Source: Planomonospora venezuelensis (GTDB lineage Bacteria > Actinomycetota > Actinomycetes > Streptosporangiales > Streptosporangiaceae). Taken from it: DNA of 64,000 bases. The stretch lies in NCBI RefSeq assembly GCF_014203605.1, contig NZ_JACHJJ010000017.1:111192-175191 (forward strand), given 5' to 3'. The position numbers were made by a program, and so were the translations under genes. Below, piece by piece: positions 29,902-38,949 of the stretch. Position 1 is the first letter of the stretch. Each line of letters starts with the position of its first letter. The notes under the pieces are model-generated. The model was not told the origin of the DNA. It saw only the letters and a list, made by a program, of their open reading frames with translations, and made no database searches.

Positions 29902-29991
29902 GTGTACAAGGAATTCGCCATCGAAGTGGTCGTGTGGCTCATTCCCGTCGCCATCCTCATCGGCCTCGCCTACATGATCACTGCCACGTAG
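29902..29991 (+). CDS. Candidate 29-aa single-TM small protein (VYKEFAIEVVVWLIPVAILIGLAYMITAT)
   Basis: GTG start 4 nt after GGAGGGA, strong GC3 bias (25 of 29 codons end in G or C) and a hydrophobic helix. Too short for the ORF track. Confidence 0.35.
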   Translation: MYKEFAIEVVVWLIPVAILIGLAYMITAT

Positions 29992-30120
29992 GGTCCGCGA
30001 CGCCGCGGACGGCCGGGGAGGCGGGCCTCCCCGGCCTCTTCATCCCCCCGGTCCGTCCGGCCCCGCCCCCCGGCCGGTACGGCTCCGCGCTCCCGGCCTG
30101 CGCGGCCTGCGCCCCCGGCC

Positions 30121-30269
30121 TGCGCCGATCCCGGTAGAAGCACCCCCGAAAGAACGTTTCTTTAGATATCGGGAACTATCTTCTTTACTCGCGCTTTATC
30201 TATACAAAGCCAGGTACATGCGCTCGGGGGAGCGCGCTTCACCACGCCACAGGGGGATTCCACACGCCG
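30121..30269 (+). promoter_or_regulatory. AT-rich island with the near-palindrome GAAAGAACGTTTCTTTAG upstream of the nfeD-flotillin operon; candidate promoter and operator
   Basis: ..CCGAAAGAACGTTTCTTTAGATATCGGGAACTATCTTCTTTACTCGCGCTTTATCTATAC.. is strongly GC-depleted relative to its surroundings. Confidence 0.35.
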
Positions 30270-30884
30270 ATGGGCCGGTTCGTCGACGTCGCCTCAGCCT
30301 TTCCCACCGTCCTGTTCAGCTTTCCGCTCGTCGTGGTCGCCGCCTACTGGATCCTCGCCCTCTCCGGCGTGATCGGGCTCGACGGCGACGAGGCCGCCGG
30401 CGGCGCGGAGGCGACCGGCCTGGCCGGCCTCCTGGCGGGTCTCGGGCTCGGCGGCGTACCCGTCACCGTGACCGTCTCGCTGCTGGTCGTCATCGCGTGG
30501 TTCACCAGCCTCGCGGGCTCCACCCTGGTCACCGGGACCCCCGCCCTGACCGCCGTGCTCGTCGCCGCGCTCGCCTGCGCCTGGCTCGGTACCCGCCTGC
30601 TGACGCTGCCGCTGCGCCGCGCCGTACCGAAGGAGCGCGTCCCCTCCCGCGCCGACTTCGTGGGCCGCACGTGCGTCATCCGCACCGGCCGGGTGTCCGG
30701 GACCTTCGGCCAGGCCGAGGCCACCTCCGCCGACGGCTCCTCCGCCCTCATCCAAGTCCGGCAGACCGGTGACGAGACCTTCCTCGCCGGCGGCACCGCC
30801 CTGATCTTCGCCTACGACGACGACGGCGAATTCTTCTGGGTGACGCCCTACGACGCGGAACTCGACCCCGACCGTCCTCTCTAG
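30270..30884 (+). CDS. NfeD-like (YqiJ/YuaF-type) membrane protein with a C-terminal OB-fold
   Basis: Two or three N-terminal TM helices (VLFSFPLVVVAAYWILALSGVIGL; VTVSLLVVIAWFTSLAG; LTAVLVAALACAWLG), then a beta-rich soluble domain (FVGRTCVIRTGRVSGTFGQAEATSADGSSALIQVRQTG), directly upstream of a flotillin gene. Confidence 0.7.
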   Translation: MGRFVDVASAFPTVLFSFPLVVVAAYWILALSGVIGLDGDEAAGGAEATGLAGLLAGLGLGGVPVTVTVSLLVVIAWFTSLAGSTLVTGTPALTAVLVAALACAWLGTRLLTLPLRRAVPKERVPSRADFVGRTCVIRTGRVSGTFGQAEATSADGSSALIQVRQTGDETFLAGGTALIFAYDDDGEFFWVTPYDAELDPDRPL

Positions 30885-30895
30885 CGAAGGACCAC

Positions 30896-33106
30896 ATGGA
30901 CGTCATCTCCACCGGTTTCGGCATCCTGCTCGCGCTCGCCCTGCTCATCGCCGTCGCACTCGCGATCATGGTCAGCCGCCTGTTCAACAAGGTCGAACAG
31001 GGCAAGGCGCTCATCGTCTCCAAGATCAACAAGGTCGACGTCACCTTCACCGGAGCGATCGTGCTGCCCGTGCTGCACAAGGCGGAGGTCATGGACATCT
31101 CGGTGAAGACCATCGAGATCGAGCGGACCGGCCGCGAGGGGCTGATCTGCCGGGACAACATCCGCGCCGACATCCGGATCACCTTCTTCGTCCGGGTCAA
31201 CAAGACCGCCGAGGACGTCGTCAAGGTCGCCCAGGCCATCGGCACCGCCCGGGCCAGCGACTCCGAGACGCTGCAGGAGCTGTTCAACGCCAAGTTCTCC
31301 GAGGCGCTGAAGACCGTCGGCAAGCAGCTCGACTTCGTCGACCTCTACACCCAGCGCGACCGGTTCCGCGACCAGATCATCCAGGTCATCGGCACCGACC
31401 TGAACGGCTACAGCCTGGAGGACGCGGCGATCGACTACCTGGAGCAGACCTCGCTGCTCTCCCTTGACAAGAACAACATCCTCGACGCCCAGGGCATCCG
31501 GAAGATCACCGAGCTGACCGCGATCGAGCACGTGCGGACCAACGACTTCCAGCGGCGCGAGGAGAAGGAGATCACCCGCCAGAACGTGGACGCCCGCGAG
31601 GCGATCCTCGAACTGCAGCGACGCCAGGTCGACGCGGAGATCAAGCAGAAGCGCGAGATCGAGACCCTGCGGGCCCGCGAGGAGGCGGAGATCGCCCGGG
31701 TCCAGGCCGAGGAGCGGCTCAAGGCGCAGGCCGCCGACCTGCGCACCCAGGAGCAGCTCGGCATCCAGCAGGAGAATCAGGCCCGCGAGATCGCCGTGGC
31801 GGCCAAGAACCGCGAGCGGGTCATCGCCATCGAGAGCGAGCGCATCGAGAAGGACCGCATGCTGGAGGTCATCTCCCGCGAGCGCGAGACCGAGCTGTCG
31901 CGCATCTCCAAGGACAAGGAGGTCGAGGGCGAGAAGCGCTCGATCGCCGAAGTGGTCCGCGAGCGGATCGCGGTCGAGAAGACCGTCGCCGAGCAGGAGG
32001 AGAACATCAAGCGCCTGCGGGTGGTCGAGGAGGCCGAGCGGACCCGCCAAGCCGTGATCATCCAGGCCGAGGCCGAGGCCCAGGAGAACCTGGTCAAGGA
32101 CATCAAGGCCGCCGAGGCCGCCGAGGCGGCCTCCAAGCACAGGGCGCGCGAGGCGCTGGTGCTCGCCGAGTCGCGCCAGCAGGCCGCCGAGCTCGACGCC
32201 CGCGCCAAGATCCGGCTGGCCGAGGGCATCCAGGCCGAGGCCGCCGCGACCGGCCTGGCCGAGGTGCAGGTGGCCGAGCGCAACGCCGCCGCCATCGAGA
32301 AGGTCGGCCGGGCCGAGGCCGCGGTCGAGCGGGAGAAGGCACTGGCCGCCGCCGAGGGCGAGCAGGCCAGGGCGCACGCCGCCGCCACCGCGATCCGGGA
32401 GAGGCTCAAGGCCGAGGCCGAGGGCGAGCGGGAGAAGGCACTGGCCGAGGCCGCGCTGATCGGAGAGAGGCTGAAGGCCGAGGCCGAGGGCCTCACCGAG
32501 AAGGCCGCGGCGATGGCCGCGCTGGACGACGCGAGCCGCGGTCACGAGGAGTACCGCCTGCGGCTGGACGCCGAGAAGGAGATCCGCCTGGCCGGCGTCA
32601 CCTCCCAGGTCAAGCTCGCCGAGGCGCAGGCCGCGGTGCTCGCCGCCGGCCTGGAGAAGGCCAACATCGACATCGTCGGCGGCGACAGCGTGTTCTTCGA
32701 CCGGCTGGTCGGCGCGGTCACGATGGGCAAGGCCGTGGACGGCTTCGTGGAGGGCTCCGGGGTGGTCCGCACGCTCGCCGGGCCGTACCTGGACGGGTCG
32801 CAGAGCCTGCCCGCCGACCTCTCCCGGGCCCTCGGCTCGCTGGGCAGCGGCGACGTGCGGGACCTGTCGCTCTCGGCGCTGCTGGTCAGGCTGATGGGCG
32901 AGGGCGGCCCCGAGGGCGCCCGGCTGCGCGAGCTGCTCGGCACCGCGACGTCCGCGGGGACCTCCCCGGCGGCGTCCACGGCGGCGTCCACGGTGACCGC
33001 GACGGCCGTGGCCCCCGCCACAGTGACCCCCGCCGCCGCGGTCGTGACGGTCCCGGGCAACGCCGCCAACGGCCCCGCCCCGGTCCTCGACGCGGGCCGG
33101 GAGTGA
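30896..33106 (+). CDS. Flotillin-family SPFH/band-7 protein (FloT/YqiK-like)
   Basis: N-terminal TM, then SPFH domain (LIVSKINKVDVTFTGAIVLPV..DISVKTIEIERTGREGLICRDNIRADIRITFFVRVN), about 350 aa of E/A/R/K-rich coiled-coil and an Ala/Thr/Pro-rich tail; 736 aa. Confidence 0.85.
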   Translation: MDVISTGFGILLALALLIAVALAIMVSRLFNKVEQGKALIVSKINKVDVTFTGAIVLPVLHKAEVMDISVKTIEIERTGREGLICRDNIRADIRITFFVRVNKTAEDVVKVAQAIGTARASDSETLQELFNAKFSEALKTVGKQLDFVDLYTQRDRFRDQIIQVIGTDLNGYSLEDAAIDYLEQTSLLSLDKNNILDAQGIRKITELTAIEHVRTNDFQRREEKEITRQNVDAREAILELQRRQVDAEIKQKREIETLRAREEAEIARVQAEERLKAQAADLRTQEQLGIQQENQAREIAVAAKNRERVIAIESERIEKDRMLEVISRERETELSRISKDKEVEGEKRSIAEVVRERIAVEKTVAEQEENIKRLRVVEEAERTRQAVIIQAEAEAQENLVKDIKAAEAAEAASKHRAREALVLAESRQQAAELDARAKIRLAEGIQAEAAATGLAEVQVAERNAAAIEKVGRAEAAVEREKALAAAEGEQARAHAAATAIRERLKAEAEGEREKALAEAALIGERLKAEAEGLTEKAAAMAALDDASRGHEEYRLRLDAEKEIRLAGVTSQVKLAEAQAAVLAAGLEKANIDIVGGDSVFFDRLVGAVTMGKAVDGFVEGSGVVRTLAGPYLDGSQSLPADLSRALGSLGSGDVRDLSLSALLVRLMGEGGPEGARLRELLGTATSAGTSPAASTAASTVTATAVAPATVTPAAAVVTVPGNAANGPAPVLDAGRE

Positions 33107-36100
33107 CACCCGCGGTGACCCTCACCGAGACCACGAGCACGACGGAGCAGCCGCTGGACGCGGGCACCTACGAGGTGCTCCGCGCCCGGCTCGCCGAACA
33201 GGCCGCGGAGCTGGCCCGGCGGGCCGAGGCGCTCAACGCCCGGCGCCTGGACGTCTTCGGCGGGACCGAGCTCCGCCTGATCGGCACCGAGCGGATCCGC
33301 ACCGAGAACAACTGCGTGCCCCGCGACATCGTCTCCATCGGCGACCTGATGCTCTTCGGCTACAACGTGTTCATCGGGCTGAAGCCGGAGACCGCCGTCG
33401 ACGACGTCTTCTCCGTGCACCGGTTCAGCCGGGACGGCGACGCCGTCCGCTTCGACACCGATCCCGGCGCCGAGCGGCTCCTGCGCCATCCGCAGTTCGA
33501 GCGGGACTTCGCCGAGCTCTACCGGTACTACCGGCAGACCCGGCTGCTCCAGCTCCGCCGGGTCGAGGGCAGGCTGCTGGCCGTCTTCCGGACCGGCCCG
33601 CAGGACATCCGGGTCCTGCGCTGGCAGATCGGGGCGGACGGCTCGCTCGCCTACCTCGACGATCGCGGCGAGCGCGACCACGTCTTCCCCGCCTCGCACG
33701 ACTTCGAGTGGACCCGGACCACCCGCGACGACCACGTGCCCGGCCGCCACCCGCACATCTCGATCCAGGGCGAGGTGTTCGTCGAGACCGTCGGCGGCGA
33801 CCTCACCATCAAGGTCGAGAACAACACGGAGACCGGCGAGGGCGTCTACCGGGAGCCGGTCGACGAGCCGCTGCAGAGCCTCGCCGACGCCGAGGTGCTG
33901 CACGCCAGGGTCGGCCCGCTGATCCTGCTGCGCATCCGGCCCTACAACGAGACCGGATGGCGGCACCTGGTCTTCAACACCCGGACCAGGGACGTCGTAC
34001 GGCTGGACGGCATCGGCCAGGCCTGCCGCCGGCTCCCCGAGGACCAGGGGATCATCTTCCCCGGCGGCTACCACCTGTCCACCGGGGTGAGCAAGACCTT
34101 CGACACCGACGTCACCGGCCTGGAGTTCGAGCGGGTCGTCCGCTCGGCCAACGGCGAGGACGTGCTCTACGTGTTCCACGCGCGGGCCGACGGCCGGTCG
34201 CTGCTGCTGCCGTACAACGTGATCCGCAAGCAGGTCGCGACGCCGATCCCCTGCCACGGCTACTCGCTGTTCGACGACGGCACGCTGGTGGTGTTCCGGG
34301 CCACCTCGGAGGAGCCGGCCCGGGTGCACCCGATGCAGGTGTGGCAGACGCCGTACACCTCCGACGTCTACGCCGCCGCCCGGCCGGCGGGGACCGGGCC
34401 GCTGGAGCGGATCGGCAACGCGGAGCTGGTGCGCGGCATCTCCGACTGCCTCTCGGTGGCCCGCATGGTCGAGGAGACGGCGCCGTCGGCCTCCGTCTTC
34501 GAGGCTCTCATCGCGGCCTGCACCCGCGTGTTCGACCACTACCACTGGCTGGGCGACCACGACCTGCGCGGGCCGGTGACCGAGGTCAGGGCGACCGCCG
34601 AGCAGGTGCTCGACGAGTTCGAGAAGGTCCGCTCGCTCACCGGCCAGGCCGCGGAGGCGCTGGAGGCCGCCGCCGGGGAGATCGCCTCCCTCATCCGACG
34701 GTCGCACGGCGAGCCGGCCCGCTCCGCCGCCGAGTGGGTCACCCGGATCTCCGAGCTCCGCCGGGCCCAGGGGCACCTGGCGGGCCTCCGCGAGCTGCGC
34801 TACGCCGACACCGGCCGGATCGACCGGCTGGACGCCGAACTGACGGCGGAGCTCGGCACCGCGGCACGGCGTGCGACCGGCTTCCTGCAGGGCGCGGACG
34901 CCTTCACCGGCTACCGCTCCGAGGTCGAGACGCTGGCCGCGGAGGCCGGGACCGCCGCCACCACGGCCGAGGCGGCGGGAGTCGCCGAGCGCCTGGCCGT
35001 GCAGGCCCGGGGCCTGGAGGTCGTGATCGAGGTGGTCGGCACACTCGACATCGCCGACGCGGGAGCGCGCACCGCGGTCCTGGAGCGGATCGGCGAGGTC
35101 CTCGGCGGGGTCAACCGGGCCCGGGCCGCCCTGGACGCGCGCCGGCGCGAGCTGCTGGCGACCGAGGGACGCGCCGCCTTCGCCGCCGAGTTCGCCCTGC
35201 TGGGGCAGGCGATCACCGGCGCCCTGGCCATGGCCGACACCCCCGACCGGTGCGACGAGCAGCTCGGCCGGCTGATGCTGCAGCTGGAGAACCTGGAGTC
35301 GCGCTTCGCCGAGTTCGACGACTTCCTCACCCAGCTGGGCACCAGGCGCGAGGACGTCTACGAGGCGTTCTCCTCCCGGCGGCAGGCGCTGCTGGACGAG
35401 CGTGCCCGCCGGGCCGACCGGCTGGCCGGCTCGGCGGACCGGATCCTCCTCGGCGTGCGGCGCCGGGCGGCCTCGTTCGGCTCGGCGGACGAGGTCAACA
35501 CCTACTTCGCCTCCGACCCGATGGTGGCCAAGCTGCACGCGGTCGCCGGGGAACTGCGCGAGCTGGGCGAAGCGGTCCGCGCCGAGGAGCTGGAGGGGTG
35601 GATCAAGTCCGCCCGCCAGGAGGCCGGGCGCGCCCTGCGCGACCGCCTCGACCTCTACGGCGACGGCGGCGGGACCATCCGGCTGGGCCGGCACCGGTTC
35701 GCGGTCAACACCCAGGCCGCCGACCTGACGCTGGTCCCGCACGAGGACCGGATGGTGTTCGCCGTCACCGGGACCGACTACCGCTCCCCCGTCGGCGATC
35801 CCGCGTTCGAGGCGAGCCGGCCGTTCTGGTCCCAGCTGCTGGTCTCGGAGTCGCCGGAGGTCTACCGGGGCGAGTACCTGGCCGCCTCCATCCTGGCCTC
35901 GGCCGAGGCGGGGGCTCCGGCCGCGGACGGCTCCCCCCTCTCGCTCGACGCGCTGCACGAGGCGGCGGTGGCGGAGGGCGGACTGCTCGCGATCGTCCGC
36001 CGGGTCGCGGAGAGCCGCTACGACGAGGGCTACGAGCGGGGCGTGCACGACCACGACGCCGCCGCGATCCTGGAGGTCCTGCTCCGCCTGCACTCCGGCG

Positions 36101-38103
36101 CCGGGCTGCTCCGCTATCCGCCGGACGCCCGGGCGGCGGCCCAGCTCTTCTGGGCCTTCGGGACCGGCGAGGCCGAGCGGGCGTCCTGGACCACCAGGGC
36201 GGTCTCGCTCGCGCGGGCCCGCTCCCGGTTCGGCCGCGTGGCCGCGGTGGACGAGATCCGCCGCGACCTCGGCTCCGCCGTCGCGGCGTTCCTGTCCACC
36301 CTGTCGGCACCGTCCCTACCGTCCGCGCCGTCCGTACCCTCTGCGCCGTCCGTACCCTCTGCGCCGTCCGCGCCGGATGGCGCGGACGTCTCCGGGATCG
36401 CCGGGGAGTACCTGTTCGAGGAGCTCGCGGGGGCTCCTGCCGGATTCGTGACGAGCTCCGGCGCCCGGGGGCTGCTGGAGCGCTTCGGCCGGGCGCTGGG
36501 CGCCGCGCGCGCGGAGTTCGAGGACGACCTGCGCGCCCTGGCCGGCGACCTGCCGGCCCGCAGGCGGCTGGCCGAGGCGTGGCTGGGGGCGTTCGAACGC
36601 GCACCCGAGCTGCCGGAGGCGGTGGCCGTGCTCCTGTGCGAGCTGCCCCGCTACGACTCCTCTGCGGCGCTGGGCGCGACCGCCGAGGGCCTGCTCGGCG
36701 CGCATCCGCGCGTCACCGGCCGGAGCCTGGCGGTGCGGCTGGACGAGTTCCTCGCCAGGACCCGGCGGTTCGGGACCGAGCGCGTGCCCGCCTACCGGGA
36801 CTACCTGCGGCGGCGCAACGAGCTGGTCGCCGCGGAGCGCGAGCGGCTGCGGCTGGAGGAGTACCGGCCGAAGGTGATGAGCGCCTTCGTCCGCAACCAG
36901 CTGCTCGACGAGGTCTACCTGCCGCTCATCGGCGACAACCTGGCCAAGCAGCTGGGCGCGAGCGGCGACGCCAGGCGGACCGACCAGATGGGCCTGCTGC
37001 TGCTCGTCTCCCCGCCCGGCTACGGCAAGACGACCCTGATGGAGTACGTCGCGAGCCGTCTCGGCCTGGTCTTCGTGAAGGTCGACGGTCCGGCCCTCGG
37101 CCGCCTCGTCACCTCGCTGGACCCGGCCGAGGCCCCCGACGCGACCTCGCGCCAGGAGGTCGAGAAGATCAACTTCGCCCTGGAGATGGGCAACAACGTC
37201 CTGCTCTACCTCGACGACATCCAGCACACCTCCCCCGAGCTGCTGCAGAAGTTCATCTCGCTCTGCGACGCCCAGCGCCGGATGGAGGGGGTCAGGGACG
37301 GCCGGAGCCGCACCTACGACCTGCGCGGCAAGCGCTTCGCGGTCTGCATGGCGGGCAACCCGTACACGGAGTCGGGCGGCCGGTTCCGCATCCCCGACAT
37401 GCTCGCCAACCGGGCCGACGTCTGGAACCTCGGCGACGTACTCTCAGGCAGGGAGGAGGTGTTCGCACTGAGTTACGTCGACAACGCGCTCACCGCCAAC
37501 CCCGTCCTCGCCCCGCTCTCCACCCGGGACCGCGACGACGTCCGCCTGCTCGTACGGCTGGCGCAGGGCGACCCCGCCGTCCGCGCCGACCGGCTCTCCC
37601 ACCCCTACTCGCCGGTCGAGCTGGAGCAGGTCCTCGCGGTCCTGCGCAAGCTGCTCCGCGTCCAGCGGGTGGTGCTGGCCGTCAACCAGGCCTACATCGC
37701 CTCGGCCGCCCGGTCCGACGGCTCCCGGACGGAACCGCCGTTCCAGCTCCAGGGGTCCTACCGGAACATGGCCAAGCTCGCCGCGCGGATCGTCCCCGTG
37801 ATGAACGACGCCGAACTGGAGGCGGTCATCGACGACCACTATCTCGCCGAAGCCCAGACCCTCGCCTCCGGCGCCGAGGCCAGCCTCCTGAAGCTGGCCG
37901 AGCTGCGGGGGACGCTCACCGCCGCGCAGGCCGCGCGGTGGGCCGAGGTCAAGGCCGCCTACGTGCGCTCGGCGGCGCTCGGCGGCACGGAGGACGACCC
38001 GGTGACCCGGGCCGTCGGCGCCGTCGGGCTGCTCGCCGACCGGGTCAGCACCGCCATCGGGCAGGCCGCCGACCGGCTCGCGCCGGAAGGGCCGCGCCGG
38101 TGA
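33103..38103 (+). CDS. Giant (1,666-aa) cytoplasmic protein with a C-terminal AAA+/P-loop ATPase module
   Basis: GTGA overlap with the flotillin stop. N-terminal about 450 aa beta-rich, central about 800 aa helical. C-terminal Walker A LLLVSPPGYGKTTLMEY (about 37021-37038), Walker B NNVLLYLDDIQH, sensor-like FAVCMAGNPYTESGG; no TM segments. Confidence 0.75.
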   Translation: MTPAVTLTETTSTTEQPLDAGTYEVLRARLAEQAAELARRAEALNARRLDVFGGTELRLIGTERIRTENNCVPRDIVSIGDLMLFGYNVFIGLKPETAVDDVFSVHRFSRDGDAVRFDTDPGAERLLRHPQFERDFAELYRYYRQTRLLQLRRVEGRLLAVFRTGPQDIRVLRWQIGADGSLAYLDDRGERDHVFPASHDFEWTRTTRDDHVPGRHPHISIQGEVFVETVGGDLTIKVENNTETGEGVYREPVDEPLQSLADAEVLHARVGPLILLRIRPYNETGWRHLVFNTRTRDVVRLDGIGQACRRLPEDQGIIFPGGYHLSTGVSKTFDTDVTGLEFERVVRSANGEDVLYVFHARADGRSLLLPYNVIRKQVATPIPCHGYSLFDDGTLVVFRATSEEPARVHPMQVWQTPYTSDVYAAARPAGTGPLERIGNAELVRGISDCLSVARMVEETAPSASVFEALIAACTRVFDHYHWLGDHDLRGPVTEVRATAEQVLDEFEKVRSLTGQAAEALEAAAGEIASLIRRSHGEPARSAAEWVTRISELRRAQGHLAGLRELRYADTGRIDRLDAELTAELGTAARRATGFLQGADAFTGYRSEVETLAAEAGTAATTAEAAGVAERLAVQARGLEVVIEVVGTLDIADAGARTAVLERIGEVLGGVNRARAALDARRRELLATEGRAAFAAEFALLGQAITGALAMADTPDRCDEQLGRLMLQLENLESRFAEFDDFLTQLGTRREDVYEAFSSRRQALLDERARRADRLAGSADRILLGVRRRAASFGSADEVNTYFASDPMVAKLHAVAGELRELGEAVRAEELEGWIKSARQEAGRALRDRLDLYGDGGGTIRLGRHRFAVNTQAADLTLVPHEDRMVFAVTGTDYRSPVGDPAFEASRPFWSQLLVSESPEVYRGEYLAASILASAEAGAPAADGSPLSLDALHEAAVAEGGLLAIVRRVAESRYDEGYERGVHDHDAAAILEVLLRLHSGAGLLRYPPDARAAAQLFWAFGTGEAERASWTTRAVSLARARSRFGRVAAVDEIRRDLGSAVAAFLSTLSAPSLPSAPSVPSAPSVPSAPSAPDGADVSGIAGEYLFEELAGAPAGFVTSSGARGLLERFGRALGAARAEFEDDLRALAGDLPARRRLAEAWLGAFERAPELPEAVAVLLCELPRYDSSAALGATAEGLLGAHPRVTGRSLAVRLDEFLARTRRFGTERVPAYRDYLRRRNELVAAERERLRLEEYRPKVMSAFVRNQLLDEVYLPLIGDNLAKQLGASGDARRTDQMGLLLLVSPPGYGKTTLMEYVASRLGLVFVKVDGPALGRLVTSLDPAEAPDATSRQEVEKINFALEMGNNVLLYLDDIQHTSPELLQKFISLCDAQRRMEGVRDGRSRTYDLRGKRFAVCMAGNPYTESGGRFRIPDMLANRADVWNLGDVLSGREEVFALSYVDNALTANPVLAPLSTRDRDDVRLLVRLAQGDPAVRADRLSHPYSPVELEQVLAVLRKLLRVQRVVLAVNQAYIASAARSDGSRTEPPFQLQGSYRNMAKLAARIVPVMNDAELEAVIDDHYLAEAQTLASGAEASLLKLAELRGTLTAAQAARWAEVKAAYVRSAALGGTEDDPVTRAVGAVGLLADRVSTAIGQAADRLAPEGPRR

Positions 38104-38915
38104 CGGCCGGACGGGTCGGCGGCGCGGTCCTGTCCGCGATCCTCGCCGGGGCCGTCCTCTCGGGCGCCCCCGGCACCGCCGGGACCGCCCGCGCCGCGGC
38201 GGGCTACCCGGTCGGGAACGCTCCCGTGCTCACCCACAACCCGCTCTACGGCAGGAGCGTCTTCACGCAGGTCGCGTGCGAGGAGCCGGCGGCCGGGAAG
38301 GGCGGCGCGGCCTCCGCCAGGCGCTACACGCTCGCGGTCGTGAAGTGCCTCGACCGGGTCTGGTCCACCGAGCTGCGCAGGCGGAACCTGCCGTTCCGCA
38401 GGCCGGTGGTCAGGTTCGTCTCCACGAGGAGCCGCGTGTGCGGGGAGAAGTGGCCGAAGGAGACGATCGCGCTCTACTGCAGGGCCGAGCGGAGCCTGAA
38501 CTTCCCCGTCGGCTCCGGCCTGCTCGACAACGATTCGGACCTGTTCCTGCTGATCGTGGCCGCCCACGAGTACGCCCACCACGTGCAGAACCTCTCCGGG
38601 ATCATGAAGGGCAACGACGGGCTGGCCTACCGGAACAAGAAGGAGCTGAACGAGCAGGCCCGCAGGCAGGAACTGCAGGCCGAGTGTCTGGCCGGGGCCT
38701 TCGCCGGCTCCGTCTGGACGTCGCTGGCGCGCACCGCGGCCGACTGGCGGCTGCTCCTGAGGAGCCAGAAGGCGACGGGCGACGACTCCGGCGGGCGCGG
38801 CGTCCGCGACCACGGGAAGGGATCGAGCATCGTCTACTGGACGAACCGCGGATTCAGGGCGGCCTCGTCGTCGGCGTGCAACACCTGGACCGCCGCGTCC
38901 GCCCGGGTGTCCTGA
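38100..38915 (+). CDS. YpfJ-type putative neutral zinc metallopeptidase, secreted or membrane-anchored
   Basis: GTGA overlap with the upstream stop. N-terminal signal/anchor (AVLSAILAGAVLSGAPGTAGTARA) and the HExxH-type motif LLIVAAHEYAHHVQN characteristic of the YpfJ family. Confidence 0.7.
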   Translation: MTAGRVGGAVLSAILAGAVLSGAPGTAGTARAAAGYPVGNAPVLTHNPLYGRSVFTQVACEEPAAGKGGAASARRYTLAVVKCLDRVWSTELRRRNLPFRRPVVRFVSTRSRVCGEKWPKETIALYCRAERSLNFPVGSGLLDNDSDLFLLIVAAHEYAHHVQNLSGIMKGNDGLAYRNKKELNEQARRQELQAECLAGAFAGSVWTSLARTAADWRLLLRSQKATGDDSGGRGVRDHGKGSSIVYWTNRGFRAASSSACNTWTAASARVS

Positions 38916-38949
38916 CCGGAGGTCCTCCCGGGCGGCGGCCCGGCCGGGC

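Noticed and set aside
32542-36093. 1,183-aa minus-strand ORF antisense to the flotillin and giant ATPase genes; 30881..33109 minus-strand
   Set aside because: Antisense to genes with clear SPFH and Walker motifs; Gly/Asp/Leu-rich repetitive translation mirroring the sense-strand Ala/Glu codons.
33708-38915. 1,735-aa plus-strand ORF in the +1 frame of the giant ATPase, running into the YpfJ gene
   Set aside because: Only its last about 270 codons (from GTG 38100) carry a recognisable protein (signal peptide + HEYAHH). The upstream 1,460 codons are a wrong-frame read-through of the ATPase gene.
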